Assembly (NCBI GenBank): GCA_039815185.1
Contig: JBCBZT010000002.1
Coordinates: 160,001-224,000 of the forward strand
DNA: 64,000 nucleotides
From: Cyanobacteria bacterium P01_A01_bin.123
GTDB lineage: Bacteria > Cyanobacteriota > Cyanobacteriia > Phormidesmidales > Phormidesmidaceae
Reading direction: 5' to 3'
Made by a program: the position numbers and the translations under genes. Shown here piece after piece: positions 31,325 through 44,016 of the stretch. The notes beneath the pieces were generated by a model that was not told the origin of the DNA, made no database searches, and was given only the letters and a program-made list of their open reading frames with translations. How positions within the stretch are numbered: position 1 is the first letter of the stretch; the number at the start of each line of letters is the position of its first letter.

Positions 31325-31650
31325 AGTGACACTTATTAAAAGGCGGCGAGAGCGAGTAGCCCTACGTAACAAAATTTTAACGTTCTGGATGCTAAGGCGT
31401 TATCTGAACATTAGATTAACCAACCATTAAAGCCTTAGCCAAAGCCTATACCGAAAGATCCCATCTAGCAATGCTAAGGAGAGTGGATCAACTCACATCT
31501 TCCCGTTAAGCTAGCCCCTCCAAGAGGGCAAGGGTTAGCTGCTTCTTTCAGGCGATAATGAATAAGGGTAGTAACTACTTCACCAGCAGCAAGGATGACC
31601 AAAGCAACCCTGTCATGTTTAATTTTAACGCTATTTCTTTAATGTAACAG

Positions 31651-31685
31651 TTGAGTAGGCTCACAGAGCCTATGACCCTACTCAA
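31651..31685 (-). terminator. Hairpin downstream of gyrB
   Basis: TTGAGTAGG...CCTACTCAA inverted repeat. Confidence 0.45.
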
Positions 31686-31716
31686 GGAAAACGATGAATC
31701 TGGATACGACCCAGAT

Positions 31717-33663
<1,947 letters not shown>

Positions 33664-33853
33664 TTAAAATACTCCTGGGATTTGGCGCGTTGCCCGCTTT
33701 GAGGTCAAAAAATGAAAATCTCTTCCAAAATTGTAGCACAAAGGGCTCTGAAGGGATTCTAGCGTAGTCTCAGATGGCATCTATTGGCAAGATGGATCAG
33801 TGATTTAAACGCGATTGAAATCTTTCTACCCTGCATCTTCTATCTTAGATCTA

Positions 33854-34768
33854 ATGTACCAATGCTTAATTGTGATCGGTGGGGCCACCGCTACGGGCAA
33901 ATCTGGTCTTGCCGTCGCGATCGCCGACAAGTTTAATGGTGTTATCCTCAGTGCCGACTCGCGCCAAGTCTATCGGGAGTTTGATATCGGTACGGCAAAG
34001 CCTACTTTAGCTCAACGACAAGCGGTTTCCCACTATTTAATTGACATTTGTAACCCGACGGAAACCCTGACATTAGCAACCTACCAACGGCAGGCACAGA
34101 CGTTAATTCAGCGATTTCACAGCGAGCGTTGTTCTCTCCCTTTTTTAGTGGGTGGCACAGGGCTTTATATCAATGCGGTGGTTAAAGGCTTAAAGATTCC
34201 CCCTGTATCGCCCCAACCCCAGCTGCGATCGCAGCTCCAAGCCCTTGGACAATCCCACTGCCACGCCCTACTCCAGCAAGTCGACCCCGATGCCGCCGTC
34301 AAAATCCACCCCCATGATTCGGTCAGAACTTTACGGGCTTTAGAAGTCTTCTATGTGTCGGGCCAGACCATCAGCAGCCAGCAGGGGGAAAATCCACCCA
34401 CGTATCCCATTCTCTACCTTGCCCTCGATTGCTCCCCAGAGTCCTTGCAAACCCGGATTCAACAACGTACCCAGGTAATGGTTGATCAAGGATTTTTGTC
34501 AGAAGTCGAAAGTCTATGTCAACGCTATGGGTTTGACTTACCGTTGCTAAAAACCCTGGGCTACGCCGAAATGCTTCAGTACCTCCAAGACAAGATTTCG
34601 CGCGCTGAAGCGATCGCATTGACAGTCAAACACACCCGTCAATTCGCCAAGCGCCAACGTACCTGGTTTCGTAATACTCTTGGCGTTGAATGGTTTGACG
34701 CTGATGCCCCTGATTTAATGCCGCAGGTGGCGCAGCGGATAGAAGATTTTTTGAGTTGTCAGGGGTGA
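33854..34768 (+). CDS. miaA: tRNA dimethylallyltransferase
   Basis: GATATGKS, SADSRQVY, DIGTAKP, GGTGLY, FAKRQRTWF. Confidence 0.97.
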   Translation: MYQCLIVIGGATATGKSGLAVAIADKFNGVILSADSRQVYREFDIGTAKPTLAQRQAVSHYLIDICNPTETLTLATYQRQAQTLIQRFHSERCSLPFLVGGTGLYINAVVKGLKIPPVSPQPQLRSQLQALGQSHCHALLQQVDPDAAVKIHPHDSVRTLRALEVFYVSGQTISSQQGENPPTYPILYLALDCSPESLQTRIQQRTQVMVDQGFLSEVESLCQRYGFDLPLLKTLGYAEMLQYLQDKISRAEAIALTVKHTRQFAKRQRTWFRNTLGVEWFDADAPDLMPQVAQRIEDFLSCQG

Positions 34769-34789
34769 GGCGCGCGTAACTGTTGCTGT

Positions 34790-35680
34790 CTACAGTTCCT
34801 CCGGGCCAAGCACTTCGGGTTGAATTACCTCGGGTTCAGAAGCTTCAGTCTCAAGCGGCAACTCGTCCAAATCGGGGAGTTCCATTTGTGCCTGAGCTTC
34901 CACGGGGGGAGCGTCGGCCACGGGCAGCAGTTCTTTGTCGGGTTGTTTTTCCAGCGCCAGCGGGAGACGGACGGGGGTTGGTTCGGGAATTTTTTCTTCA
35001 AGCTTAGGTTTGGGCAGCGATCGCTCTAAGTCTCCCAGCGGCCTAGGAATCACCATCACGGAATTGAGTTCGCCGATGCGCTCGGCCTCGTGCATGCCCG
35101 CATCCATTGCAATCGCCACATTGGATAAGGAGCCGCGCACAATGATCGTACACAAGCCATCTCCAATCGTTTCGTGGGAAACCAGGACAATATCGGCCGA
35201 TTTGGTCATGGCATCTGCAGCCCCCACCATCGCGGGAAAACCACGGGTTTCTAGCAAGCCCAATGCTTGATTGGTCACCGGGCCTTGGCCCACTGCGTCC
35301 AGGTCATCCAACCGGGCACAAATGGGTAAGACTGATTCTAAATTGGGTAACGGACGGGGAATCATAGAAGCTGAGACGAACTGGCCAAACTGCTTTGCAG
35401 TTTGGGTTCCGGCTTCAACCGCCATGCGCACATCGGCCACACCACCTCTGACCACTGCTGTACAGTGGCCACCACCAATCTTCTCATAACCTACCAGCAC
35501 CACATCGGCTGATTTCACCATGGCGTCAGCGGTACCAATGATGGCTGGGAAACTTTGGGTAGCCACCAGCCCCAAAGCCGCACCTTTGGTCCGATTGGCC
35601 CGACGCTGGGCCTCTCGATGCGATTGAGAGACCTCCGGATTAGAAAGCGAAAGGGGAGACAAATGGCCTTGAGTTTGCAT
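34790..35680 (-). CDS. ccmO: Carboxysome tandem-BMC shell protein CcmO
   Basis: Two BMC domains (ADAMVKSA, ADAMTKSA; IPRP) plus acidic Pro-rich tail; follows ccmN. Confidence 0.92.
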   Translation of the reverse strand: MQTQGHLSPLSLSNPEVSQSHREAQRRANRTKGAALGLVATQSFPAIIGTADAMVKSADVVLVGYEKIGGGHCTAVVRGGVADVRMAVEAGTQTAKQFGQFVSASMIPRPLPNLESVLPICARLDDLDAVGQGPVTNQALGLLETRGFPAMVGAADAMTKSADIVLVSHETIGDGLCTIIVRGSLSNVAIAMDAGMHEAERIGELNSVMVIPRPLGDLERSLPKPKLEEKIPEPTPVRLPLALEKQPDKELLPVADAPPVEAQAQMELPDLDELPLETEASEPEVIQPEVLGPEEL

Positions 35681-35734
35681 GGAGAAACCTCTCTAATGGC
35701 GAGGTTCATAGGTTGAACGCCCAGGTCTGAACCT

Positions 35735-35802
35735 TGTCCACATCCAGATCTATAGTTTTCCTTTGAGCTCAAAGCTCAAGTTTTCAAATCGGATGTGATT
35801 TA
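35735..35802. repeat. Small dispersed inverted-repeat element, copy B (ccmN-ccmO spacer)
   Basis: CCACATCCAGATCTATAG...AAATCGGATGTGATTTA. Confidence 0.6.
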
Positions 35803-35810
35803 CCTTAATT

Positions 35811-36422
35811 CTATGGGTTCTCAGCGGAAGCTGACCCGTTTAATTTACTCTCGTTGGAATTATTCAAAGATTGGCGTTGGGGGAACAACGTTTGGAGTAA
35901 TTGATTTACCTGGTGTTTGCCGTAGACATAAGAAAAATTAGCAAGTCCGACAGATTCAGAGTTGGCGGCATGATTGTCTACGGGTACTGGATGTTGAGCC
36001 TCTGCGACTTCAGATTCGTCTGTTTTCCCCGTTGAACTTTGGGGAGGTGGCGGTGACTTAATGACTGTTTGCTGACGGCTGCGATCGCCGACTAAAGATC
36101 CGGGAGCAATGATGTTATTCGCTGCGATCGCCGGGTTGATCACCGTTGATTCTGATCCAATACAGACGCCTTGAGCAATCCAACCCCGGCCCACAATCAG
36201 CGTTCCTGACCCAATGCAAACCCCTTTCTCCAAGCGCAAATCCCCCCGGCGGGCTTGAATAATCACCGACGATCCCAAACAGACCCCTGTTGCAATCTGC
36301 AAGCAGAACCCCGGTTCTGCCTCCAAAATTACCCCAGAGGCGATCACCACATCAGGTGCGATTTCGACCTGCCCAACGGTATAGAAAGTGGAAGAATTCA
36401 CCGACACCGGAGCAAACGTCAT
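35811..36422 (-). CDS. ccmN: Carboxysome assembly protein CcmN
   Basis: Hexapeptide-repeat N-domain; encapsulation peptide VYGKHQVNQLLQTLFP. Confidence 0.92.
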   Translation of the reverse strand: MTFAPVSVNSSTFYTVGQVEIAPDVVIASGVILEAEPGFCLQIATGVCLGSSVIIQARRGDLRLEKGVCIGSGTLIVGRGWIAQGVCIGSESTVINPAIAANNIIAPGSLVGDRSRQQTVIKSPPPPQSSTGKTDESEVAEAQHPVPVDNHAANSESVGLANFSYVYGKHQVNQLLQTLFPQRQSLNNSNESKLNGSASAENP

Positions 36423-36455
36423 AGCAACAGAACAATGGGATTTTATCAGCCTGCC

Positions 36456-38492
36456 CTACGGCCGTTGGATCGTCGTTTCTAGCACTCGACGCTTGGCTTG
36501 GGGATCAACCCCCACGAGCCGCACATATTCACCTGAATGTTCAGACAAAAGCGATTCTAACCTGGCAACCACATCCGCTGGTCGATGGGCTTGAATTGGG
36601 CTGCCTGTCTGCCAAGCTCCACTGCGATAACGACGCGCATCAGCAAATTCTGTACTGATGCGATAGCCCTGGTTCACCAACTGATTCACCTGCGCTACCA
36701 CATCTGCACTGAGCCCGTGACCGCCGCCACCATTGCGACTCGCAAACGCTTGTCCCGCAGCCCGCTCTGTGACCGAGGGCCTAGTAGTAGCGGCTGCCGT
36801 TGAAGATGGGGCTGCAACACCAGCCACCTGCCCCGGACGTTGTACGGTCATCGCCCCGACTCGTTTTTTCGCCTGGGGGTCAATTCCAAAAATACGAACG
36901 TACTCGCCCGCGTACTGAGAAAGATAATTTTGGATGGCTGCGATCGCTCCAGACTCATGGGTAGACTCAATCGCGGGGCAACTCTGCCAAACACCACTGC
37001 GATAACGACGGGTGTCAGCGTGCTCTACCCCAATGCGATAACCCTGATTCAAGAATTGGCGAACCTGCTGACTCAAATCACCACTGACTTGACTGCTGGC
37101 AGTAGCATTGTGGCCATTATGGCCGTTACTGGCTGCCGGAACGCCAGTAGCGGCAACTTCGACAGGTTTGCCGTCTCCACGTTGAATCGTCGTGGTTGCA
37201 ACCCGCTGTTTCACCTTAGGATCGATGCCAAACATCCGCACATATTCGCCAGAATGCTCTTGTAGACAATCCTGCATAGCCGAGAGAACACTAGTTTCGT
37301 GGGTAGCTTGAATCGGGGCACAGGTCTGCCAAACACCACTGCGATAGCGACGGCCGTCGGCGTGTTCAGTCCCAATGCGATAGCCCTGGCTAAGCAACTG
37401 CCGAATCTGTTGTACCACTGCACCGCTCAAAGTCCCAACGGGGGCTGCATGATTGGCACCAGCCTTTTGCCCAGCCGTGCTCATTCCAGCCGACGCGACG
37501 CGAGTTGGCGCAACGTCCACGGGCTTCCCGTCTCCTCGATGAATCGTCGTCGTCGCCACCCGGCACTTCACTTTAGGATCGATGCCAAACATCCGCACAT
37601 ATTCGCCGGAATGTTCAGCAATGCAGGCGTCTAGGGCAGCTAAAACCTCGGATTCACGGGTTGATTGAACCGGGGTACACGTTTGCCAAACACCACTACG
37701 ATAGCGGCGACCATCGGCGTGTTCAGTACCAATGCGATAGCCTTGGCTTAGCAACTGTCGAACTTGTTGAATCACTTCCGGGGTTAATCGTTGGCTCTGC
37801 ATCTTATTTTTTCCATTGCGTTCATTGGACGGGCGGGATTGGGGACGACTGGGCTCAGACTGGGCTGGGTTATGGTCAGATGACTTGTCTGAACTATCTG
37901 AACTGCTTGGGCGAGCAGCACTTGTCCTCAATGTTTCAGGCATCCCCAGCACCTCTTGGGCAAAAGCCAAATCCTCAGGTGTCACGTTGGGCAGCGCATC
38001 TGCCTGTGCTTGCGTGGTCACCGTTGTTCCTGAGGGGATAAATTTTCCGGGGGGGACTTCCACATCTTGAACCAGGACATGCATCATCACGAGGCATCCT
38101 TGGCCGAGACGGGCGTTAAAAATAGTTGAGCGGAAACCGATGAAACAACCCTCACCGACATAGGCAGGGCCGTGAATTAAGCTCTTATGGGTAATCGACG
38201 CCTGGGATCCAATCCAAACTGAATAGGATTGTTCATCATCTCCTAAGACACGGCCATGCTCAAGGCCATGGATAACAACCCCAGGTTGTATAAAACTACC
38301 CTCACCGACATAGAAGGGAGATCCGGCATCAGCACTCACTGATGCGCCAAGGGCAATTACAACGGCGGCACCAACGCGCACATCACCCACGATTTGCGAA
38401 GCATCGTGAACCTGAGCACTCTGATGGATCTGGGGCTCAGCCAAGCCTTTTGACCCATGAGTCGGCAGTGCCGCTGAGCTGGGGACAGACAT
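36456..38492 (-). CDS. ccmM: Carboxysome assembly protein CcmM (gamma-CA-like domain plus four SSUL domains)
   Basis: Beta-helix with H75/H102/H107; four QGYRI...RRYRSG...GEYVR repeats. Confidence 0.97.
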   Translation of the reverse strand: MSVPSSAALPTHGSKGLAEPQIHQSAQVHDASQIVGDVRVGAAVVIALGASVSADAGSPFYVGEGSFIQPGVVIHGLEHGRVLGDDEQSYSVWIGSQASITHKSLIHGPAYVGEGCFIGFRSTIFNARLGQGCLVMMHVLVQDVEVPPGKFIPSGTTVTTQAQADALPNVTPEDLAFAQEVLGMPETLRTSAARPSSSDSSDKSSDHNPAQSEPSRPQSRPSNERNGKNKMQSQRLTPEVIQQVRQLLSQGYRIGTEHADGRRYRSGVWQTCTPVQSTRESEVLAALDACIAEHSGEYVRMFGIDPKVKCRVATTTIHRGDGKPVDVAPTRVASAGMSTAGQKAGANHAAPVGTLSGAVVQQIRQLLSQGYRIGTEHADGRRYRSGVWQTCAPIQATHETSVLSAMQDCLQEHSGEYVRMFGIDPKVKQRVATTTIQRGDGKPVEVAATGVPAASNGHNGHNATASSQVSGDLSQQVRQFLNQGYRIGVEHADTRRYRSGVWQSCPAIESTHESGAIAAIQNYLSQYAGEYVRIFGIDPQAKKRVGAMTVQRPGQVAGVAAPSSTAAATTRPSVTERAAGQAFASRNGGGGHGLSADVVAQVNQLVNQGYRISTEFADARRYRSGAWQTGSPIQAHRPADVVARLESLLSEHSGEYVRLVGVDPQAKRRVLETTIQRP

Positions 38493-38602
38493 CGAAAATA
38501 TACCTCATACGCAACAAACAGTAAAAATTTGACGGTACGCGGCATCCAAAACAACAACGTAATCCCCAGGGCATTAGCAGGGGGTATGCGGGCGGTTACG
38601 TC

Positions 38603-38905
38603 CTAGCTGAAGTCCTCTCGCTTGCTGTAAAGCTGACCCCTGCTAATGCTAACGGTATCAACAATGGCGACAACAGCCGCATCAATCGGACGATTGATAT
38701 ATCCTTCATGCTGCCGAGCACCACTCCCTCGACTAATAAGCACCCATTCACCTACGCCTGCCCCAACGACATCAGCCGCGACCTCGTAGTCAGGTAAAAG
38801 CTCGCCAACCTCATCTAAAAATTGAACCAGCAAAAACTTGACCCCGTTCAGGCTAGGCTCTTTACAGGTGCTGACAACTGTGCCACGAACCTTTGCAAGA
38901 CGCAT
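38603..38905 (-). CDS. ccmL: Carboxysome vertex pentamer CcmL
   Basis: AKVRGTVVST, VAADVVGAG, GSGAR, DAAVVAIVD. Confidence 0.96.
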   Translation of the reverse strand: MRLAKVRGTVVSTCKEPSLNGVKFLLVQFLDEVGELLPDYEVAADVVGAGVGEWVLISRGSGARQHEGYINRPIDAAVVAIVDTVSISRGQLYSKREDFS

Positions 38906-38914
38906 TGCCTAAGC

Positions 38915-39253
38915 CTATCGACCGTAGGGACGGATACCGCTAACGCTTTCCCTAAACTGCTCTACTGCTTCGGTGTAGCGAATCGGCAACACGAATTCTA
39001 GGTTTTCGTGGGGGCGAGCGATGATGTGCGTTGACAGCACCTGCCCACCATTGACGCGCTTGACATTTTCAACCCCTGCAGAAACGGAGGCTTGAACCTC
39101 GGAGACATCGCCGCGCACAATGACAGTGACCCGGCCGCTACCAATTTTCTCGTAGCCCACAAGGGTTACGCGAGCCGCTTTTACCATTGCATCAGCGGCT
39201 TCTACTACTGCTGGGAACCCAAGGGTTTCTACCATACCAACTGCGATCGCCAT
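38915..39253 (-). CDS. ccmK1: Carboxysome shell hexamer CcmK1 (C-terminal extension)
   Basis: KIGS pore motif, IARPHENL, 112 aa. Confidence 0.93.
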   Translation of the reverse strand: MAIAVGMVETLGFPAVVEAADAMVKAARVTLVGYEKIGSGRVTVIVRGDVSEVQASVSAGVENVKRVNGGQVLSTHIIARPHENLEFVLPIRYTEAVEQFRESVSGIRPYGR

Positions 39254-39308
39254 TCCTGCTTTATCCCCTTACTAACTACTAAACACTCAACACCGAAACT
39301 TACAAACC

Positions 39309-39373
39309 TTAGCCACATCCAAATGCATAGTTCCCTAGGCTAAAACTCAAATCTTTGAATCGGATGTGGTTTA
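39309..39373. repeat. Small dispersed inverted-repeat element, copy C (ccmK2-ccmK1 spacer)
   Basis: CCACATCCAAATGCATAG...AATCGGATGTGGTTTA; 29/36 identities to copy B over the right arm by manual alignment. Confidence 0.6.
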
Positions 39374-39505
39374 GCTTTAACGACTGTTTGGATGTTGCTA
39401 GGCATAACCATCAGCCAAAATCGCTGACATACCCATGCTGAAAACCGTGTGTGAAATCATTCAGCCAGCCATGGGTGATGGCATGATCCACTCGACACTA
39501 AAGCG

Positions 39506-39814
39506 CTAAGTTCTAAACTGCTCAACAGCTTCCGTATAGCGAATCGGCAGCACAAATTCTAGGTTTTCGTGGGGGCGAGCAATGATGTGCGTTGACAGCA
39601 CCTCACCGCCGTTGACCCGCTTTGCAGACTCAATCCCCGCAGAGACAGAGGCCTGAACTTCAGACACGTCGCCCCGGACAATCACCGTAACCCGGCCGCT
39701 ACCAATTTTTTCGTAGCCTACCAAGGTGACGCGAGCCGCTTTTACCATCGCATCCGCTGCTTCAACTACAGCAGGAAACCCTTTCGTCTCAATCATTCCA
39801 ACCGCAATGGGCAT
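39506..39814 (-). CDS. ccmK2: Carboxysome shell hexamer CcmK2
   Basis: [27 protein letters not shown], 102 aa, GAGGAG RBS. Confidence 0.95.
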   Translation of the reverse strand: MPIAVGMIETKGFPAVVEAADAMVKAARVTLVGYEKIGSGRVTVIVRGDVSEVQASVSAGIESAKRVNGGEVLSTHIIARPHENLEFVLPIRYTEAVEQFRT

Positions 39815-40610
39815 TATCGTAATCTCCTCATGAAACAGGCAAAAAACAGAGAATTATCAGCAAAAAATAAACGCTAAAAAGCATTCGCAGTTTGCAAAAA
39901 GTTATAAACAAGATGAAACCTTGCCATACTTCCTAAAGATCTGCTTAAGCCTGGACAACTCCAACGTAATCTTCAGAATAGAAGTGTGAGCATGCTTTGG
40001 CAATATAAGCCGCAATGATTGTTGCTAATGTCGAACATTATTAAAGCTGATGTAAGATAATGATCAACAACGGTACAAAAGTATGCAAATACCTGAGTGT
40101 TTGCTCATGAAGCTTAGATCACTCAATAGCCCCGCAACTGTCTTCTGATGTTTTGTCTCAATTTCAAATCCCGAGCGAGGCAAGACTACTGTGGCAATGT
40201 CCTGTCGCTCACCTCAAAAATTCAGAGTGACTGAGTTGAGCTTGACGCCTTTTATTTGTTTTGGGTGGATTACTTCGGTTCAAGGAATCTTTAGATTTCC
40301 TTTAGAAGGCTCCTGAAATCAGGTAAGATGCATGATGAAGAATACCAACAGCAATAGCGTTAAAGTCATCAGTGCAAGCAGTTGTAAGCAGCCTTTTGAG
40401 GACTGTTTTGAGGCTACAAAGTCTCGGGTTAGGGTCTGTAGGTTTCATTTTTGATGCGAAGGTTCACTTTCACCCTTGACGCAAAGTTGTGTATTTCCTC
40501 CTGTTTAAAGATGGGCGGCTAATAGTCGTGATGAGCAGGGTTGGAGAGTCGCTGGTAGCTGTTTGAGTTGATGGTGTTTCTGATCATTGTGTTGGCCAAA
40601 GGTATTGTTA

Positions 40611-42446
40611 ATGATTCAGTTCCTCATTCATGTGAGCTGGTTAATTCCGCTGTATGGCCTCTTAGGAGCGCTTTTAGCATTGCCTTGGTCGAGTGGCTGG
40701 ATTCGGCGCACTGGCCCCCGTCCTGCGGTTTATATCAATATCTTGATGACCGTTTTGGCTGTGCTCCACGGGGTATTGATTTTTGGCGGAATTTGGAATC
40801 AAGGGTCACAGGAAATTACACTGCATTGGTTGAGCGCAGCCGATCTTGATCTGGTGCTGACCTTTGACCTATCGGTGCTTAATCTATGCGCTGCAGAACT
40901 GATTGCTGGCCTCAGCTTATTGGCACAAGTGTTTGCCCTGGGCTACATGGAGAAAGACTGGGCGCTGGCTCGATTCTTTGCCCTCATGGGCTTTTTTGAG
41001 GGGGCGATGTCAGGCATTGTCTTAAGCGGGTCGCTATTTTTGACCTACTCTTTGCTAGAGATGTTGACCCTATCAACCTATTTGCTGGTCGGGTTTTGGT
41101 ATGCTCAGCCGCTGGTAGTCACTGCGGCTCGAGACGCTTTTTTGACTAAGCGAGTCGGTGATGTGCTCTTACTCATGGGTGTGGTGACGTTGGCAGCCCT
41201 GGCAGGGAGCCTCCAATTCAACGATCTCTACGAGTGGGTCAAAACGGCTGAATTGTCTCCATTGGCCGCAACCCTGCTGGGCTTGGCCTTAATTGCTGGG
41301 CCAACGGGCAAATGTGCACAGTTTCCGCTGCATCTTTGGCTGGATGAAGCGATGGAAGGGCCAAACCCGGCTTCAATCTTACGAAATTCAGTGGTGGTAA
41401 CCTGTGGAGCCTATGTGCTGATTAAGCTCCAGCCGATCATAGTGGTGTCACCCATTACGCTATCTACTTTGGTGGCCATTGGGGCTGTGACCGCTGTTGG
41501 GGCTTCTCTGGTTGCGATCGCCCAAATTGATATCAAACGGACGCTGTCCTATTCCACCAGTGCCTATTTGGGTTTAGTCTTCATTGCGGTCGGTACAGAA
41601 TGGCCTGGCGTTGCCTTTACGCTGCTGTTTACCCACGCGTTGGCCAAGGCGCTGCTGTTCATGAGTGTGGGTTCTGTTATCGTCACCACTAATAATCAAA
41701 ACCTGACTGAAATGGGGGGGCTGTGGTCACGCATGCCGGCTACGACGATGGCTTATATCGTTGGTGCCATGAGTATGGTGGGCCTATTTCCGTTGGGATG
41801 CTTTTGGGGGTTGCGTATGGGCATTGATTTCCTTTGGCAGGAGCACCCGCTGCTAGTAGCAGTCTTTTTAACGGTTAATGGCTTCACCGCGTTGAACTTG
41901 GTGCGAGTCTTTCGCCTCGTGTTTTTGGGCGACCCACAGCCCAAGACCCGACGGGCACCAGAGGTGCCCTGGCAAATGGCCTTGCCCATGGTATTTCTGA
42001 CGGTATTTACTCTAGCGGTGCCGTTAGTGATGGGCAAGATGAGCCTGCTGCCCCCTTGGGCCTATATCAATGGTTATGCAGTCGGGTTGCTGGTGCTCTC
42101 TGGCACGATTGGGGCAGGCATCGGCGCCAACATCTACTTGCACAAAGCCTGGTCTCGTTCGATGCAGCGACCCGTACGTATGGTTCAAGATTTGCTGGCC
42201 TATGACTTCTACACTGAACGTTTCTATGAAATGACAGTCGTGTTTGCGGTGGATACCCTATCTCGCTTGAGCAATTGGTTTGATCGTTATGTGATTGACG
42301 GCCTCGTCAACCTGGTTGGGCTGGTTTCGCTTTTGAGCGGCGAGGGTCTCAAATATAGTGTCTCAGGCCAGTCTCAAGGCTATTTATTCACCATTGTTGT
42401 GGGTGTAAGCCTCTTAGGTTTGTTGATGACTTGGACAATGTGGTAG
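40611..42446 (+). CDS. ndhF4: NDH-1 subunit F4 (constitutive CO2 uptake)
   Basis: RRTGPRPA, GYMEKDW, HLWLDEAMEGP, TRRAPEV; type 4 assigned from the linked CupB-sized gene. Confidence 0.88.
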   Translation: MIQFLIHVSWLIPLYGLLGALLALPWSSGWIRRTGPRPAVYINILMTVLAVLHGVLIFGGIWNQGSQEITLHWLSAADLDLVLTFDLSVLNLCAAELIAGLSLLAQVFALGYMEKDWALARFFALMGFFEGAMSGIVLSGSLFLTYSLLEMLTLSTYLLVGFWYAQPLVVTAARDAFLTKRVGDVLLLMGVVTLAALAGSLQFNDLYEWVKTAELSPLAATLLGLALIAGPTGKCAQFPLHLWLDEAMEGPNPASILRNSVVVTCGAYVLIKLQPIIVVSPITLSTLVAIGAVTAVGASLVAIAQIDIKRTLSYSTSAYLGLVFIAVGTEWPGVAFTLLFTHALAKALLFMSVGSVIVTTNNQNLTEMGGLWSRMPATTMAYIVGAMSMVGLFPLGCFWGLRMGIDFLWQEHPLLVAVFLTVNGFTALNLVRVFRLVFLGDPQPKTRRAPEVPWQMALPMVFLTVFTLAVPLVMGKMSLLPPWAYINGYAVGLLVLSGTIGAGIGANIYLHKAWSRSMQRPVRMVQDLLAYDFYTERFYEMTVVFAVDTLSRLSNWFDRYVIDGLVNLVGLVSLLSGEGLKYSVSGQSQGYLFTIVVGVSLLGLLMTWTMW

Positions 42447-42462
42447 GGCTTTCCCAACGGTT

Positions 42463-44016
42463 ATGTTGAGTGCAATTATTCTGATTCCTATTCTGGGTGC
42501 CCTGCTGATTGGCAGTTGGCCGCGGGCCTGGCAAGGTTACCAAGTGCGGGCGATCGCGATCGCAGTTGTGGCGATCACCCTGGGTTTGACGAGCCTTGTC
42601 GCCATTCAGTTTGACATTAGCGACCCCGCATTTCAGTTTCAAGAAGCGCTGCCTTGGATTGACACCCTGGGTTTGACCTATCGATTGGGCATAGATGGGT
42701 TGTCTTTGCCCCTGCTGTTTGTCAACGGTCTGCTCAGTCTGGTTGCCATTTATAACAGCGGCCATGCGATCGCTCGCCCCCGGCTCTACTTCAGCTTGAT
42801 GCTGATCATTAACGCTGCGGTATCGGGGGCCTTCCTGGCCCAAAACCTATTGCTGTTCTTTATCTTCTACGAGCTTGAGTTAATTCCGCTGTATTTGCTG
42901 ATTGCAATTTGGGGCGGGGCTCGGCGGGGCTATGCCGCCACTAAGTTTTTAATCTACACGGCTTTTTCGGGCGTCCTGATTTTGGGGGCATTTCTGGGGT
43001 TAACCTGGCTGGGTAATGCCACGACGTTTGATTACGATCCCAGTCTGGCTCAGGGATTGACCCTGATTCAACAGGTCATCCTTTTGGGTGCACTGCTGAT
43101 CGGATTTGGCATTAAGATTCCTCTATTTCCCTTCCATACCTGGTTGCCGGACGCCCACGTTGAAGCTTCAACCTCTGTGTCGGTGCTGCTGGCTGGTGTC
43201 TTGTTGAAGCTCGGCACCTACGGTTTGGTACGGTTTTGTTTGCAACTGTTTCCCGATGCTTGGACGTTGCTATCACCCTGGTTAGCGACCTGGGCCGTGG
43301 TCAGTGTCCTGTATGGCTCTTTGGCCGCGATCGCCCAGACAGACATGAAAAAAATGGTCGCCTACAGCTCCATTGGTCACATGGGGTACATCTTATTAGC
43401 CTGTGCTGCCGCTACTCCCCTTAGTATTTTGGGCGGCGTGTTTCAGATGGGTAGTCACGGCCTGATTTCAGCCCTGCTGTTTTTGCTAGTGGGGGTCGTC
43501 TACAAAAAGACAGGCACCCGCGATTTGACAGTTTTGCGCGGGTTGCTAAACCTAGAGAGGGGGTTGCCGTTAATCGGGAGTTTGATGGTCTTAGGCGTGA
43601 TGGCCAGTGCTGGCATCCCCGGCATGGTAGGCTTTATCTCCGAGTTTTTGGTATTTCGGGGGAGTTTTTCCGCGTTTGGTCTCCAAACTCTATTGTGTAT
43701 GGTAGGGTCCGGTTTGACTGCGGTTTACTTTTTGTTGTTGGTTAACCGCGTTTTCTTTGGCCGCTTGAGCATCACAACACCAAGTTTGACCCCAGAGCCC
43801 GATGTCTGGTTACCCGTGGTGGGTTGGCGCGATCGCACCCCTGCTCTATTTTTAGCCTTTTTGATCACCTTGTTTGGGTTACTACCCAACTGGGTGATCC
43901 GCTGGAGTGAAGCCACAAGCACCGCCTTGGTCAATCCACCATCAGCCGTTGTTGCCCAAGGAATACCCTCAAAAACACCCTGGATCGATATTGCTGCTGA
44001 ACATCGCCAACCATGA
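42463..44016 (+). CDS. ndhD4: NDH-1 subunit D4
   Basis: GIDGLS, YELELIP, HTWLPDAHVEAST, LLKLGTYG. Confidence 0.88.
   Translation: MLSAIILIPILGALLIGSWPRAWQGYQVRAIAIAVVAITLGLTSLVAIQFDISDPAFQFQEALPWIDTLGLTYRLGIDGLSLPLLFVNGLLSLVAIYNSGHAIARPRLYFSLMLIINAAVSGAFLAQNLLLFFIFYELELIPLYLLIAIWGGARRGYAATKFLIYTAFSGVLILGAFLGLTWLGNATTFDYDPSLAQGLTLIQQVILLGALLIGFGIKIPLFPFHTWLPDAHVEASTSVSVLLAGVLLKLGTYGLVRFCLQLFPDAWTLLSPWLATWAVVSVLYGSLAAIAQTDMKKMVAYSSIGHMGYILLACAAATPLSILGGVFQMGSHGLISALLFLLVGVVYKKTGTRDLTVLRGLLNLERGLPLIGSLMVLGVMASAGIPGMVGFISEFLVFRGSFSAFGLQTLLCMVGSGLTAVYFLLLVNRVFFGRLSITTPSLTPEPDVWLPVVGWRDRTPALFLAFLITLFGLLPNWVIRWSEATSTALVNPPSAVVAQGIPSKTPWIDIAAEHRQP

Noticed and set aside
39815..40610. Small gene or sRNA in the 800-bp ccmK2-ndhF4 spacer
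   Set aside because: No convincing ORF, terminator or operator repeat found; treated as a divergent promoter region
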